DNA of 64,000 bases from an uncultured delta proteobacterium (GCA_963771465.1 CAVYTU010000017.1:832001-896000); one strand, 5' to 3'. Numbered from the stretch's first letter, positions 21,109 to 30,518 are shown. A program made the numbers and translations. The notes: generated from the letters alone by a model not told the origin.

Positions 21109-21570
21109 TTAATCGTGTCGCTTTAGTTTCTGCGAACAGGCGCGGGATAAAGCTTTTGACAAGTCGCCGCAAGCACCCTCGCGGTTGTTGCCCAGGTCTT
21201 TAACTTTGGCGTTAACCTCCGCCTCATTCTTGGCCGTGGCAGCCTTGCTAAGGCTTCGGCTGCTTGCTTGTACTGCATGCAGCTCGGTTTTTGAAGTCAT
21301 CACATTTTTACCCAAATATTCAGGCTTGAGCCCGGGATTTTTCGGTAACGCTTCCTTTTGGAAATAGCGCGAAGAATATTTTCCGTGGTTCCCATGATTT
21401 CCTTTGCCTTAAGTTCGATCGGTCGAAAGTCTTTTTCCTTCAGTGGCTTTCGCAATGGCCTTGACGCGCGAATTTTGCTGTCTCCATCAAGATACTTTTC
21501 TTTTTTTGACGATTTCATCTTGAGCAGAACCGTCGGGAAGAAATGAAAAGAGATAACAACAGCATTGTCA
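21109..21570 (-). pseudogene. Cytochrome c'-like gene copy with many frameshifts (pseudogene or sequencing noise)
   Basis: Fragments IELKAKEIMG, LFPKGSVTEKSRA, KAATAKNEAEVNAKVKDLG..GACGD match the adjacent paralog; second Cys lies one base out of frame and the His is not intact; ends approximate. Confidence 0.6.
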
Positions 21571-21689
21571 CTCCGCTTAATAGTTCCTTGGTAATACATA
21601 AGGTTTCTTTTAATTTTAGTTTTTTAACACACCTGTAGTTTTGTTGTGAATTAAGAGCAAGCTTGAATTTTTAACGAAACTCCTCGTTC

Positions 21690-22139
21690 CACTATTGGCT
21701 TTGGCGCGCGGAAGTCTGCTGTGACAGGCTTTACAGGCCTCTCCCAGGGCTTTAAACTTGTCTTCGACCAATGCCGCATCTCCAGCTTTGGCGGCGGCGG
21801 ATAGCTCTTGGGCCGCTTTGGTTACATTGGCAGGATGTTTGGTGAACTCTGACCACTGTGGCCCATATCTCGGATTTGGCTCTGGAGTCTTTCGAAAGGC
21901 TGCCGCGCGGAAATAACTCAGGAACCTTATTCATATTTTCTTGGATTAGCTTTGCACTTGTTTTCAATCTCAACGAAATTTTTTTCCTTAACGGCTTTGT
22001 TGAGGGCTTCAGCCACTAAGCTATTGTTGCTCTCCATTTGCCGCCGTCTTTGCACGACTGTATCCTGAGCCAGCGCTCCAACGAGAACCACGCAGCCTGT
22101 CGCCAAGATCCCCGTCACCGACCACTTTTTTTTTGTCAT
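21690..22139 (-). CDS. Cytochrome c' (class II), frameshifted
   Basis: Signal peptide, RRRQME, LFPRGS...SRAKSEIW, C-terminal LGEACKACH (21721-21735); at least two indels; 3' end approximate. Confidence 0.8.
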
Positions 22140-22160
22140 GCATCGGCTTCACGACCTCAG

Positions 22161-23085
22161 TCAGTTAGTCTTATTAACAATAGGGTGGATCGATTTTAAA
22201 TAATCTGCGATTGCCAGCGCATCCTGCCGCGTCATATTTTTGTAACCCACGGATACTCCTTCGATCACTTCCTCCATGAGACCTTGCACGTTGTCCAAAT
22301 TGGGCTTAAACCCGGTCAAGGTGAGATGCGCGATCTCTTCTCGACTCCATTTTCCTAACCCGGTCTCATTATCCGGAGTAATATTAGGGCTCTCTTCTCC
22401 GAATAATGCGGTTTGACTGCCGGCAAGGTAAAGTTCGGCGCTGTGAAACCCCAAGGAAGTTGCGCGGAGTATGGCAATCACCGCACAGTGAAACATGGTC
22501 AGTTAGATACTGACCTCTCGGGATACCGCCTTTAGGCGCTTCGCGAGGGGGCGTGGAAAAACGACCAAATAACTTTAGCCACAAAGGAGTAAGCAGGGAA
22601 CGGTAAAAAGGGACCCAAGTCTTCAGCCGGGGAGTTTCTTTGCGCACCGGCTTTAGGGTTCGTAAGTAAGTTATCAGGGCCTTTATGTCCTCTTTAGCTA
22701 TGCCGGAGTATGCCTCGTGCGGCATGATCGGCAATATCCATTCGCCGTTTGGGCGGACGCCAGTAGTCATCGCTTTGATAATATCCTTGTCGGACCAACT
22801 GCCAATCCCGGTTTCCTTATCCGGGGTTATATTCGTAGCATACACGGTTCCAAAGGGGATTGGGAAGGCTCGTCCACCTGCGTGGGGTATTCCCTTAGGA
22901 ACCGTATGACAGGCGCAGCCTCCAGCGACTCCGAAAATGTATTGGCCTCTTTCAAGAAGCTCTTTCCGATCCTCTTGGGCGAGACCCATTCGAGGAGTAA
23001 GCGCTGCGAACATGAACAAAACAGGCAACGAATAGAGCGGCCTTAAGAGAATTCTCCACATAACAACGGAGTAAGTCGCCTTCAT
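22161..23085 (-). CDS. Diheme cytochrome c (alcohol/gluconate dehydrogenase cytochrome subunit-like), one frameshift near 22445
   Basis: ERGQYI..GGCACHT, FGTVYATNITPDKETGIGSWS, RGQYL..LCGDCHTPR, SPNITPDNETGLGKWS, AIADYLKS. Confidence 0.85.
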
Positions 23086-23122
23086 CTTGACTTGACATCG
23101 CAGCCTTGCCGCTGGTGTCGCG

Positions 23123-23437
23123 TCACTTCACTTGATCGGCAAGCGCCTTCGCGGCTTTGGCCTTCGCCTCAGAATTGTAATGAAGCTGCGCGTCTTTCTT
23201 GGCACCCGCCTCTTTGTGGTCGGCCACTGATTGTTGCACCATCTCTTTAGCCATCGCGATGTTCGTCAAGGCGCGACCCTTTTCTCTTTCATCGGTAATA
23301 TTGCCAACTGCCGCTTCCGCTTTAGCGATCGATTCATTGGCGGATTTTTGTAGTGCCGGGCATGAGAACGCGAAAACGTTCCCAGCAAGAAGGCCCACTC
23401 CAATTAATGTCCCGAGTCCTAGAATGGATTTTTTCAT
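23123..23437 (-). CDS. Small exported helical protein with N-terminal CP and two His
   Basis: GGAGG RBS, signal peptide ending NVFA, mature FSCP...DH...LH.NS. Confidence 0.75.
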   Translation of the reverse strand: MKKSILGLGTLIGVGLLAGNVFAFSCPALQKSANESIAKAEAAVGNITDEREKGRALTNIAMAKEMVQQSVADHKEAGAKKDAQLHYNSEAKAKAAKALADQVK

Positions 23438-23527
23438 GCGATCCTCCTTAATAATATTACCGACGTTTAGAACACTATGATGTTTAACGCGCCGTCATTT
23501 GAAGGGCACGCTACCTTCAGTGTCGCG

Positions 23528-23980
23528 CTATTTCACGGGAGTCAGTTGTGCGCGTATTTCTCCGCCCTTATTTGCGGCGCTATGCACATTGACGTAAAGG
23601 TTCCCGGCCAAGTAGCTCGCGTATTGAGGATCCGTCAACTTCGCTCCGGCAGAAGCAGACCATGTGTTATCGGCGGTTTTGGTTAGCGGCACGATTACTG
23701 GGCCGTTCGCACCCTTAGCGCCTTCGTGGATGTGCGCCGCAGTTGCTTCTATGCCAGAAGTCATAACTCTGCCGCTGACCGATTTATCTGACGAGATTAC
23801 AAAAGTGGCGCTTCCGGATGCCGACGTTTTCACCGGCGGAACCTCCTGGTCGCCGGACAATGTAACTTTGATACCCTGCGGGCTCGAACCATTTGTCGCC
23901 GCCAGCCACCGATGAGCAGCACCAAAGCTAAAATTATCGACGATGGTCCAATTTCTGCACAACTCTTTCATGATGCTCAT
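23528..23980 (-). CDS. CHRD domain protein, probable lipoprotein
   Basis: LSGDQEVPPV, AAHIHEG..GANGPV, GNLYVNVHS....GEIRAQL; an alternative frame at the N-terminus reads SIILALVLLIGG. Confidence 0.85.
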   Translation of the reverse strand: MSIMKELCRNWTIVDNFSFGAAHRWLAATNGSSPQGIKVTLSGDQEVPPVKTSASGSATFVISSDKSVSGRVMTSGIEATAAHIHEGAKGANGPVIVPLTKTADNTWSASAGAKLTDPQYASYLAGNLYVNVHSAANKGGEIRAQLTPVK

Positions 23981-24002
23981 TAAGTATTGAATCCACTATT
24001 GT

Positions 24003-24568
24003 TTAACTCCCTTGGTTGACCTTCTTAACCGCGTTCAGTAATTGCTCCGTCGTCAGTAAATCTTTCTCAGTGTTGCTCGGCCTAACGTCGTAGTAGCGAA
24101 TAACTCCGTCTTTATCGACGATGACATAGGATCGTTTTGCCACCAGCCGAGCTTCGTCGAAAACGCCATAGGCTCTCATCACTTTGTGAACCACGGTCAC
24201 ATCGCGTACCCCTTAAGCATGGGGTATTGTATTTTGGCGAATTCCGCAAAGGCCTGTTGAGCGAATCTCGTACTCGAGGCGATGCCGAATACTTCTGTGT
24301 TCTCTGCTTGGAATTTTGGATAATTGTCATCCGAACCGGATGCTTGTAAGCACTTTACTCAGGTAGCGCTGAAATCGAAGTTGTAAAAGTTAATCAAGAC
24401 GTTTTTGCCCTTGAGGCTGCTAAGTTTGACCTTTCCGCCTTTAGTGCTGTCGAGCTCAAAGTCCGGCGCCTGGTCGCCAACCCCGATGGCTACGGCGCTC
24501 CGTAGTTGTCCAACGAACAAACTCAAGGAAAGCGCTAGGGCAAAAACTAAAATCTTTTTCGATCTCAT
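24003..24568 (-). CDS. Exported peroxiredoxin-like (AhpC/TSA) protein, predicted selenoprotein (Sec70, UxxC); one apparent 1-nt deletion near 24210
   Basis: GGAGG RBS, signal peptide, VGDQAPDFEL, FYNFDFSAT-TGA-VKC, FQAENTEVFGI, QYPML, AYGV, KRSYVIVDKDGVIRY. Confidence 0.85.
24328..24361 (-). promoter_or_regulatory. Bacterial SECIS-like hairpin downstream of the peroxiredoxin UGA
   Basis: UGA, 16-nt spacer, then CAUCCG-GUU-CGGAUG (6-bp stem, G-first loop). Confidence 0.7.
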
Positions 24569-24701
24569 AAACGCCTCCAATTAGACGAACGTTAGCGATC
24601 AATCTTCTAAAAAGTTGACGAAATATCTCCTAGAATCCGGTTACTGTCAATCCCTCTGACGGGGTGATGGTATATTCCCCATATGGGTAATTTACGGTTT
24701 T

Positions 24702-24716
24702 TGGCGCTGCTATTGC
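24702..24716 (+). promoter_or_regulatory. Possible sigma54 (-24/-12) promoter
   Basis: TGGCGC-TGCTA-TTGC with exact consensus spacing, 50 nt before the ATG at 24767. Confidence 0.5.
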
Positions 24717-24766
24717 GCTTGATGAAAGTAGATTGCAAGATATTACTGTACCATTGGGAGATCTTG

Positions 24767-25393
24767 ATGAAAAAAATCATTGCCGGCGTGAGCGGATTTA
24801 CCCTAGTCACGTTATTGTTAGTGGTTGGGACTACGGCGCACTTGCAGGGGGCTGCTTCAAGCCAGCCCGTAACCGTTCGAGGAAAAATGAGCGGTCTGAA
24901 TGACCAGAACCTTATCGTTGCGACCAACTCCGGCGACGTATTAGTTCAGCTCACTGAGACGACAAAGTTCGTTACCGAGGCGCCGATTAAATTATCGGAG
25001 ATTAAGTCAGGTCTGTATCTTGGAACAACCGCTCAAAAACAAGCAGACGGTACATTCCTGGCGTCCGAGGTTCATGTCTTCGCCGACGATGAGCGCGGAC
25101 TCAGTGAAGGGCATCGGCCGTCGTCGTCGTCGCCGACCAGTACAATGACCAACGCCAATGTGGAGCGGGTTGAAGACGTCGTCGTGCAAGACATCAGAGG
25201 ACCGTTGATGACGCTCAGGTATAAGGACGGCGAAGTGAAAGTGTTTGTGCCGCCCAACGTTCCGATTACCAAGCGTCTGCCCGGCGATCGCAGTTTACTG
25301 AAAACCGGCGCGGTGGTCAGCGTTCAAGCGCTACCGGGCGCGGACGGGGTAATGAGCGCTGCTCAAGTAACCATTCGCAATTTAACTAATTGA
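24767..25393 (+). CDS. Exported hypothetical protein (DUF5666-like beta-repeat)
   Basis: Signal peptide, VRGKM, LSEIKSGLYLG, ASEVHVF, EGHRP, TMTNANV, YKDGEVKVFVPPNVPI. Confidence 0.7.
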   Translation: MKKIIAGVSGFTLVTLLLVVGTTAHLQGAASSQPVTVRGKMSGLNDQNLIVATNSGDVLVQLTETTKFVTEAPIKLSEIKSGLYLGTTAQKQADGTFLASEVHVFADDERGLSEGHRPSSSSPTSTMTNANVERVEDVVVQDIRGPLMTLRYKDGEVKVFVPPNVPITKRLPGDRSLLKTGAVVSVQALPGADGVMSAAQVTIRNLTN

Positions 25394-25432
25394 ACCGCCG
25401 ACCTAGTCGACTTCGCCTGCCGTGAATCCGTA

Positions 25433-26089
25433 CTAAACGCATTGACGCACCGATAGGACTGCGGCCTCTGTGCGGTTTTTAACATCTAACTTGCGAAATA
25501 GTGACTTTAGGTGTCCCTTGATCGTTTCACGCGCCAAGCGCGTGATCTCGCTGATCTCTTCGTTGCTCAGACCCTCGGCTACCAAGCGAAGTATTTTCAT
25601 CTCCAACTCGGTTAGGGAAAATTTTTCGGCGAATTTATTTATGCTGGCCTGGCTCGGCGGCGATTTGGGAAGACCCGTGCGCTCAAGTGCGAGATGAGCT
25701 AGGTACGGCGACGATGGGATTTTCCCGGCGTGGGTTTGCTGGATAATTTTGATGAACTCGGTCCGGTCGGTGTCTTTCAAAATATAACCCAGCGCGCCAG
25801 CGCCAATCGCCGCGTGAATTTTTTCTTCCTCGTGATGCACCGAGAGCATGAGTATCTTGGTCCGCGGCGAGAGCGCGCCGATCAGCCGGGCAGCTTTGAT
25901 CCCGTCCATTTTCGGCATGTCGACATCGAGCAGTGCCAAGTCCGGCTCAAAATCGCGCGCACCGGTCACCGCCTCCTGGCCGTCACCGGCGTCGGCTACG
26001 ACCTTGATGTTGCTGTCGGTCTCAAGGAGAATTTTTAGGCTCTGGCGAAATAGCCTCTCGTCGTCGGCGATAAGCAGTTTGATGGACAT
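25433..26089 (-). CDS. NarL/LuxR-family DNA-binding response regulator
   Basis: IADDE, LLDVDMP, GYILKD, C-terminal HTH GLSNEEI...TIKGHLKSLFRKLDVKNRTEA. Confidence 0.92.
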   Translation of the reverse strand: MSIKLLIADDERLFRQSLKILLETDSNIKVVADAGDGQEAVTGARDFEPDLALLDVDMPKMDGIKAARLIGALSPRTKILMLSVHHEEEKIHAAIGAGALGYILKDTDRTEFIKIIQQTHAGKIPSSPYLAHLALERTGLPKSPPSQASINKFAEKFSLTELEMKILRLVAEGLSNEEISEITRLARETIKGHLKSLFRKLDVKNRTEAAVLSVRQCV

Positions 26090-26170
26090 GGTATTAACTT
26101 TCTTTGCCAATGTGCCAACCAATCGATGACCCCAATTCACCAACGCTGTGCGTCCGCGCTCAATTCAAGA

Positions 26171-28594
26171 CTAAACCGGTTTAAGAAGCAAGTGGCGTGA
26201 CGGCGACGTTTCGGTCTTGTCGGGGGCGAGCGCGATTTGCGCGTTGCGCTGCCACAACTGTGTCTGATCTCTGTAGTGAGGTGACAACGGATGGCCCGAT
26301 TGGCCCGACGGTAGGACGAAACTAGAGCGTGGAGATTGTTCCAGCTCGACCAGGAAACGCAACGCAGCACCGGCGCTCTGGGCGAAGGGATTAGAGTGGC
26401 GGTAAAATCCGAAATTGACCGTCATGCCGTCGCCCGGCGCCGGCAGGGGACCGATGCCGAGCAGCGGCTGCAATAACTTGATGCGGCCAAACGTATGATT
26501 CATCTGTAAGCGGTGAATTTTACCCCACTGCCACTTATTCATATCGCTGCCGCATGCGACCGTTAAATCGGCACAAGCTTCTCGCAAGGAGCGCGCGATA
26601 TGCTCGAATCTCGAGCGGCCGGTGAACCAAAGTGAATTGGCATCGCGCAAAATACGATCCGTCGGCACGATACACTGATTGAGTATCTCAACGTACGCCG
26701 ATGAGAGTTGTTCGCCCAAATGCGGCGTCAGCAAATTGACCAACAGGCGGTGGTGAAACCCATGAAAGATCGCTGCCTCGACACTCTGCGCTTCACATCG
26801 GCCATCCCAGGACAGTAAACGCGTCGCCGCCTGTTTGGCTGTTTGGTCTTGATCGGCAATCCGGGCGAGGTCTTCGCCAAGCGTCTCGAGCATTTCCCGA
26901 GCGTGGAGCGAGACATCGTCCAATTGAATATGGGTCAAGTCTTCGGCCGAGAGTTTTTGCCGGGCGCCGAGACGTTGTTCGATGCGGCGCAGGCGCTGGG
27001 GCGGTTCGAAAAAATGCGACAGGTAATAGGGATAGGCGCCGTCGGTGATGTGGTTATTGGCGCTGGCAACGGCGCCTTGGGGCGGATTGTAAACACGCGG
27101 CAGTTCTTCGAACGGAATGTAACCGGACCAATCGTTGCTTTTGTCCGAGCCCGCCAATGGCAGCAGCGTAGGTTCTTCGATGCGGCGGGGAATGTTACCT
27201 GCGAGGCAGTAGCCGATATTGCCGTCGCGGTCGGCGTAGACGAAATTTAGACTGGGCGCACTGTGATCGCGCAGGGCGTCGACGAACTCCGGCCAGTTGC
27301 GGGCGCAATTGATGCGGTGAACACTGCACAACTCTTGGCTCGGCTCGTGCGCGGTCCAACGCAGGGACAAGATTTCACGAGCGTTATCTGCGCCGTTAAA
27401 GTCGCTGATCACCGGGCCATGGCGCGTGTGGCGGATGACCTTTTCGACGGATTTCTTTGCTCTGATCGAGATAGTTTCACGCCGGCTTGTGAGCTTGCGC
27501 CACTCCTGGCCGACGAGATAGCGATCGGGTTCAAGCGAATGGAGCCGCTCGCGATAGATTTCGACATCGTCGCAAAGCGCCGCAGTGGCGCCCCAGGCGA
27601 TCCAGCGATTATGACCCAGTTGAATCCCGGGGGTGCCGGCGATGGAAGCGCCCCAAACTTCGTAGCCGTCGGAACGGTCAGGCGTCGCGTCGGCTTTGAG
27701 ATGCATCAAATACCAGGTCGAAGGCAGAGTCATGCGCAGGTGCGGATCGTTACAGAGCAGCGCCTTGCCCGTAGCCGAGCGCTGCGGCGCCACTGCCCAA
27801 CTGTTGCTGCCATGGCCGGCGGGATGCCAGTTGCTGGCCATTAAAACGCCACTGGTGAATTGCCACATGCCGCTCGCCTGCTGCCACACCGCGCGAGTAG
27901 TAGTCGGTGCATCCGTGGGATAATGGGGCATCAGCGAACGGAGCATTGCCGGTTGGGCGGCGAGTTTGTCGGCAATGGCGATCAGGTTTAGCCGAGTGTA
28001 TAGCGCGGTGGAAAGCAAAAAGGCGAAGCCTTTGACGATGATTAAACTATCTTCCGGGCGCCATGGCTCAGGTGCGTGGCGCAGCAGGCGAAACTCCCAA
28101 GGGAGTCTTTTGCCGCAGTGCTCGATGTAAGCGTTAACCCCGAGACTGTAGTCGCGCAGACGGAGTTGCTCGGCTTCCGGCAGCTGCGCAAGTGAATGGA
28201 GCGCGGCATCGCGGACGCCGAGCAGGCGAACGAAGTAATCGAAGTCGACGCTCGTGCGGCCGCGAAAGTGGGTTGACAATTCTTTCCAGGGAAGGGAAAA
28301 ATCACCGAAGATTTCGGCCATGCGGCCGGCAAGAAAACGCCGGCTGACCTCCATTTGCCAGAGTCTTTCCTGGGCGTGCAGATAACCTTGGGCAATAAAG
28401 AGATCGTGCTCGTTGGCGGCATGGACGTGCGGAATCCCATAATCGTCCCAGCGCACGTCGACGGCAAATGTAAGACCCGGGATGGTCAGCTGACCGGAAT
28501 ATCTGGCGAGCGAATGGCGATCGAGACGGCCAACGATGGGACGTAGGAGCGCCGAAAAGACGGCCGGGAAAAAACCGCTTTTCGGCAGCTCCAT
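26171..28594 (-). CDS. Penicillin acylase family (Ntn hydrolase)
   Basis: DDYGIPHV, HAQERLWQME, GSNSWAV nucleophile, NDPHL, GQSGHPLSPHYRDQ. Confidence 0.93.
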   Translation of the reverse strand: MELPKSGFFPAVFSALLRPIVGRLDRHSLARYSGQLTIPGLTFAVDVRWDDYGIPHVHAANEHDLFIAQGYLHAQERLWQMEVSRRFLAGRMAEIFGDFSLPWKELSTHFRGRTSVDFDYFVRLLGVRDAALHSLAQLPEAEQLRLRDYSLGVNAYIEHCGKRLPWEFRLLRHAPEPWRPEDSLIIVKGFAFLLSTALYTRLNLIAIADKLAAQPAMLRSLMPHYPTDAPTTTRAVWQQASGMWQFTSGVLMASNWHPAGHGSNSWAVAPQRSATGKALLCNDPHLRMTLPSTWYLMHLKADATPDRSDGYEVWGASIAGTPGIQLGHNRWIAWGATAALCDDVEIYRERLHSLEPDRYLVGQEWRKLTSRRETISIRAKKSVEKVIRHTRHGPVISDFNGADNAREILSLRWTAHEPSQELCSVHRINCARNWPEFVDALRDHSAPSLNFVYADRDGNIGYCLAGNIPRRIEEPTLLPLAGSDKSNDWSGYIPFEELPRVYNPPQGAVASANNHITDGAYPYYLSHFFEPPQRLRRIEQRLGARQKLSAEDLTHIQLDDVSLHAREMLETLGEDLARIADQDQTAKQAATRLLSWDGRCEAQSVEAAIFHGFHHRLLVNLLTPHLGEQLSSAYVEILNQCIVPTDRILRDANSLWFTGRSRFEHIARSLREACADLTVACGSDMNKWQWGKIHRLQMNHTFGRIKLLQPLLGIGPLPAPGDGMTVNFGFYRHSNPFAQSAGAALRFLVELEQSPRSSFVLPSGQSGHPLSPHYRDQTQLWQRNAQIALAPDKTETSPSRHLLLKPV

Positions 28595-28632
28595 ACTCGG
28601 GTGATGAGATTTATGCGGTTGCGCGCGCTGAA

Positions 28633-29235
28633 CTAAAGTAAAGCCTTGACCGAAGGGCGGGCTTTCACTCGTTCGAGATATTTTCCCAGGCGCGGGAGCG
28701 CCGCATCGGGCAGCACGCCAAATCCCTCGAGCCGGGTGAAGCGCGGAATCAAGTCGGCGTCGACCAGAGAAAAATCGCCGAGCAAGTATTGCTGTTCGCC
28801 GAGCTCATCTTCGAAACGCTGCAGGAGTTTTTTTAGATCGCTCTTGGCGCCGTCGATGGTCGGCTGGCTTTGTTCCTTCGCTTCTTTCATCAGCTCCATG
28901 CGCAGCTTCTGATAAGCCGAGTCAAAGTGCGCCATGCCGTAGTCGACGAGTATCCGCCCTCGGGCTTTTTTCGCCGGGTCTTTCGGCAGCAGCGGCGGAT
29001 TGGGATATTTTTCTTCGAGATATTCGTTGATGATCAGCGACTCATACAGCACGGTGGAGTCGTCGGTCAGCACCGGCACTTTGCCATAAGGATTCATTTG
29101 CAAATATTCCGGGTTTTTCTGTTCTTTCTTGGTGAGATCGACGGGTACGATCTCGTAGGGCAGATTCTTTTCCGCCAATACCACTTTTACTCTTTGACAG
29201 TTAGGCGACGATTTGAAGTCGTAAAGTTTGATCAC
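28633..29235 (-). CDS. Glutathione S-transferase family protein (SPNC type)
   Basis: KLYDFKSSPNCQRV, NPYGKVPVL, LYESLIINEYLEE. Confidence 0.92.
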   Translation of the reverse strand: MIKLYDFKSSPNCQRVKVVLAEKNLPYEIVPVDLTKKEQKNPEYLQMNPYGKVPVLTDDSTVLYESLIINEYLEEKYPNPPLLPKDPAKKARGRILVDYGMAHFDSAYQKLRMELMKEAKEQSQPTIDGAKSDLKKLLQRFEDELGEQQYLLGDFSLVDADLIPRFTRLEGFGVLPDAALPRLGKYLERVKARPSVKALL

Positions 29236-29367
29236 GGCAATTCTCCTTTTGTGCTATTTTTGGTTTGCAGCTTTTATACTAAGATTCTTGCCAAAGGAAA
29301 AGCGCCATTGTTGATCTACCTATCCTTTGATGTTAAGCGGATAAGACTGATTGCGAAATGAGCCAAC

Positions 29368-29889
29368 GTGAATCCAATCGAAGCGGCGAAAGCCATTGTC
29401 ATGGGTTTGAAAGGCGCGGGCATCAATCTCGTCGCCACGTTGCCGGACGTCAATCTCGCCGACGTCTTGAGCGAAGTCGACGAAGATCGTGAGATTATCC
29501 ATGTGCCGCTGTGCCGCGAGGAAGAGGGCATCGGCATTTGCGCCGGCGCCTATCTCGTCGGCAAAAAATGCGCTGCGATCATGCAGAACGGCGGTTTTTT
29601 CAATAGTAATAACGCCATCGTCAGCACTTTGCTGCAATATCAGATTCCGCTCTTGCTGTTGATTTACTACGCCGGCGACATCGGCGATCGAACGTTTAGC
29701 ACGACGGGCAGCATGACCGAGCCGGTGCTTCAAGCCTTGGGGATTCGCTATTATATCATGCGCGATAGTGAAGACGCTGCCGAGCTGATCAAACGCGCTC
29801 AAGTGCTGAGCGAAGACGCTAAGCGACCGGTGGCGCTCTTGGTAACCAAAGAAGTGCTGGGCCGGCGTGTGGCGCTTCAATCTCTCTGA
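29368..29889 (+). CDS. Sulfopyruvate/phosphonopyruvate decarboxylase alpha subunit-like (ComD-like)
   Basis: REEEGIGICAGAYL, IMQNGG, YQIPLLL. Confidence 0.85.
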   Translation: MNPIEAAKAIVMGLKGAGINLVATLPDVNLADVLSEVDEDREIIHVPLCREEEGIGICAGAYLVGKKCAAIMQNGGFFNSNNAIVSTLLQYQIPLLLLIYYAGDIGDRTFSTTGSMTEPVLQALGIRYYIMRDSEDAAELIKRAQVLSEDAKRPVALLVTKEVLGRRVALQSL

Positions 29890-29912
29890 TTAGGAAATAC
29901 CATATTCGACCG

Positions 29913-30518
29913 ATGAAAAGATTCGATTGTCTCAAAGCTGTGGCGGCGGCTGCTGGCGATGCGCTCGTGGTCAGCTCGGCCGGCGCGATGACCTTGGAGT
30001 GGAACACGATCCATCCGAGCGACGGCAACTTTCGCGTGCGTACGTTGGGGCTTTGTTCGTCCATCGCCCTCGGCATGGCACTGGGACTGCCGCGGCGAAA
30101 AGTTATCGCTCTCGACGGCGATGGTTCGTTGCTGATGAATCTAAGTTCGCTGGCGACGATCGCGCGCATGAAACCCAGCAATCTTCTTCATATCGTTTTC
30201 GACAACGAAGTTTACGAAGCGTCCGGCAGCAAGAAAACCGCCACCGCTGCGGGCACGGACTTGGTCGGCATGGCGCGCGCCGCGGGGATAAGAAATTCAG
30301 ATTGGACCAATTCCCTAGAAGAATTCGCGCCAGCGGTGACCAACGCAATGAATGGCGGCGAGTTGTGTTTTATCGGCGCCAAGGTCACCACCGAGCGTGC
30401 TCAGGTGGCGCCGTTCCCGATCGACGAAGTCGAGAACAAATATCGCTTTATCCGCCACATCGAAAAAACCGAACAGATCGCAATTCTCAGTACCAGCTTG
30501 CCGGCAAGCTACGTTTGA
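29913..30518 (+). CDS. Sulfopyruvate/phosphonopyruvate decarboxylase beta subunit-like (ComE-like, TPP-binding)
   Basis: DGDGSLLMNL...FDNEVY TPP motif. Confidence 0.85.
   Translation: MKRFDCLKAVAAAAGDALVVSSAGAMTLEWNTIHPSDGNFRVRTLGLCSSIALGMALGLPRRKVIALDGDGSLLMNLSSLATIARMKPSNLLHIVFDNEVYEASGSKKTATAAGTDLVGMARAAGIRNSDWTNSLEEFAPAVTNAMNGGELCFIGAKVTTERAQVAPFPIDEVENKYRFIRHIEKTEQIAILSTSLPASYV

Noticed and set aside
21300-21599. Lys-rich histone-like small protein
   Set aside because: Better explained as out-of-frame fragments of a cytochrome c' paralog.
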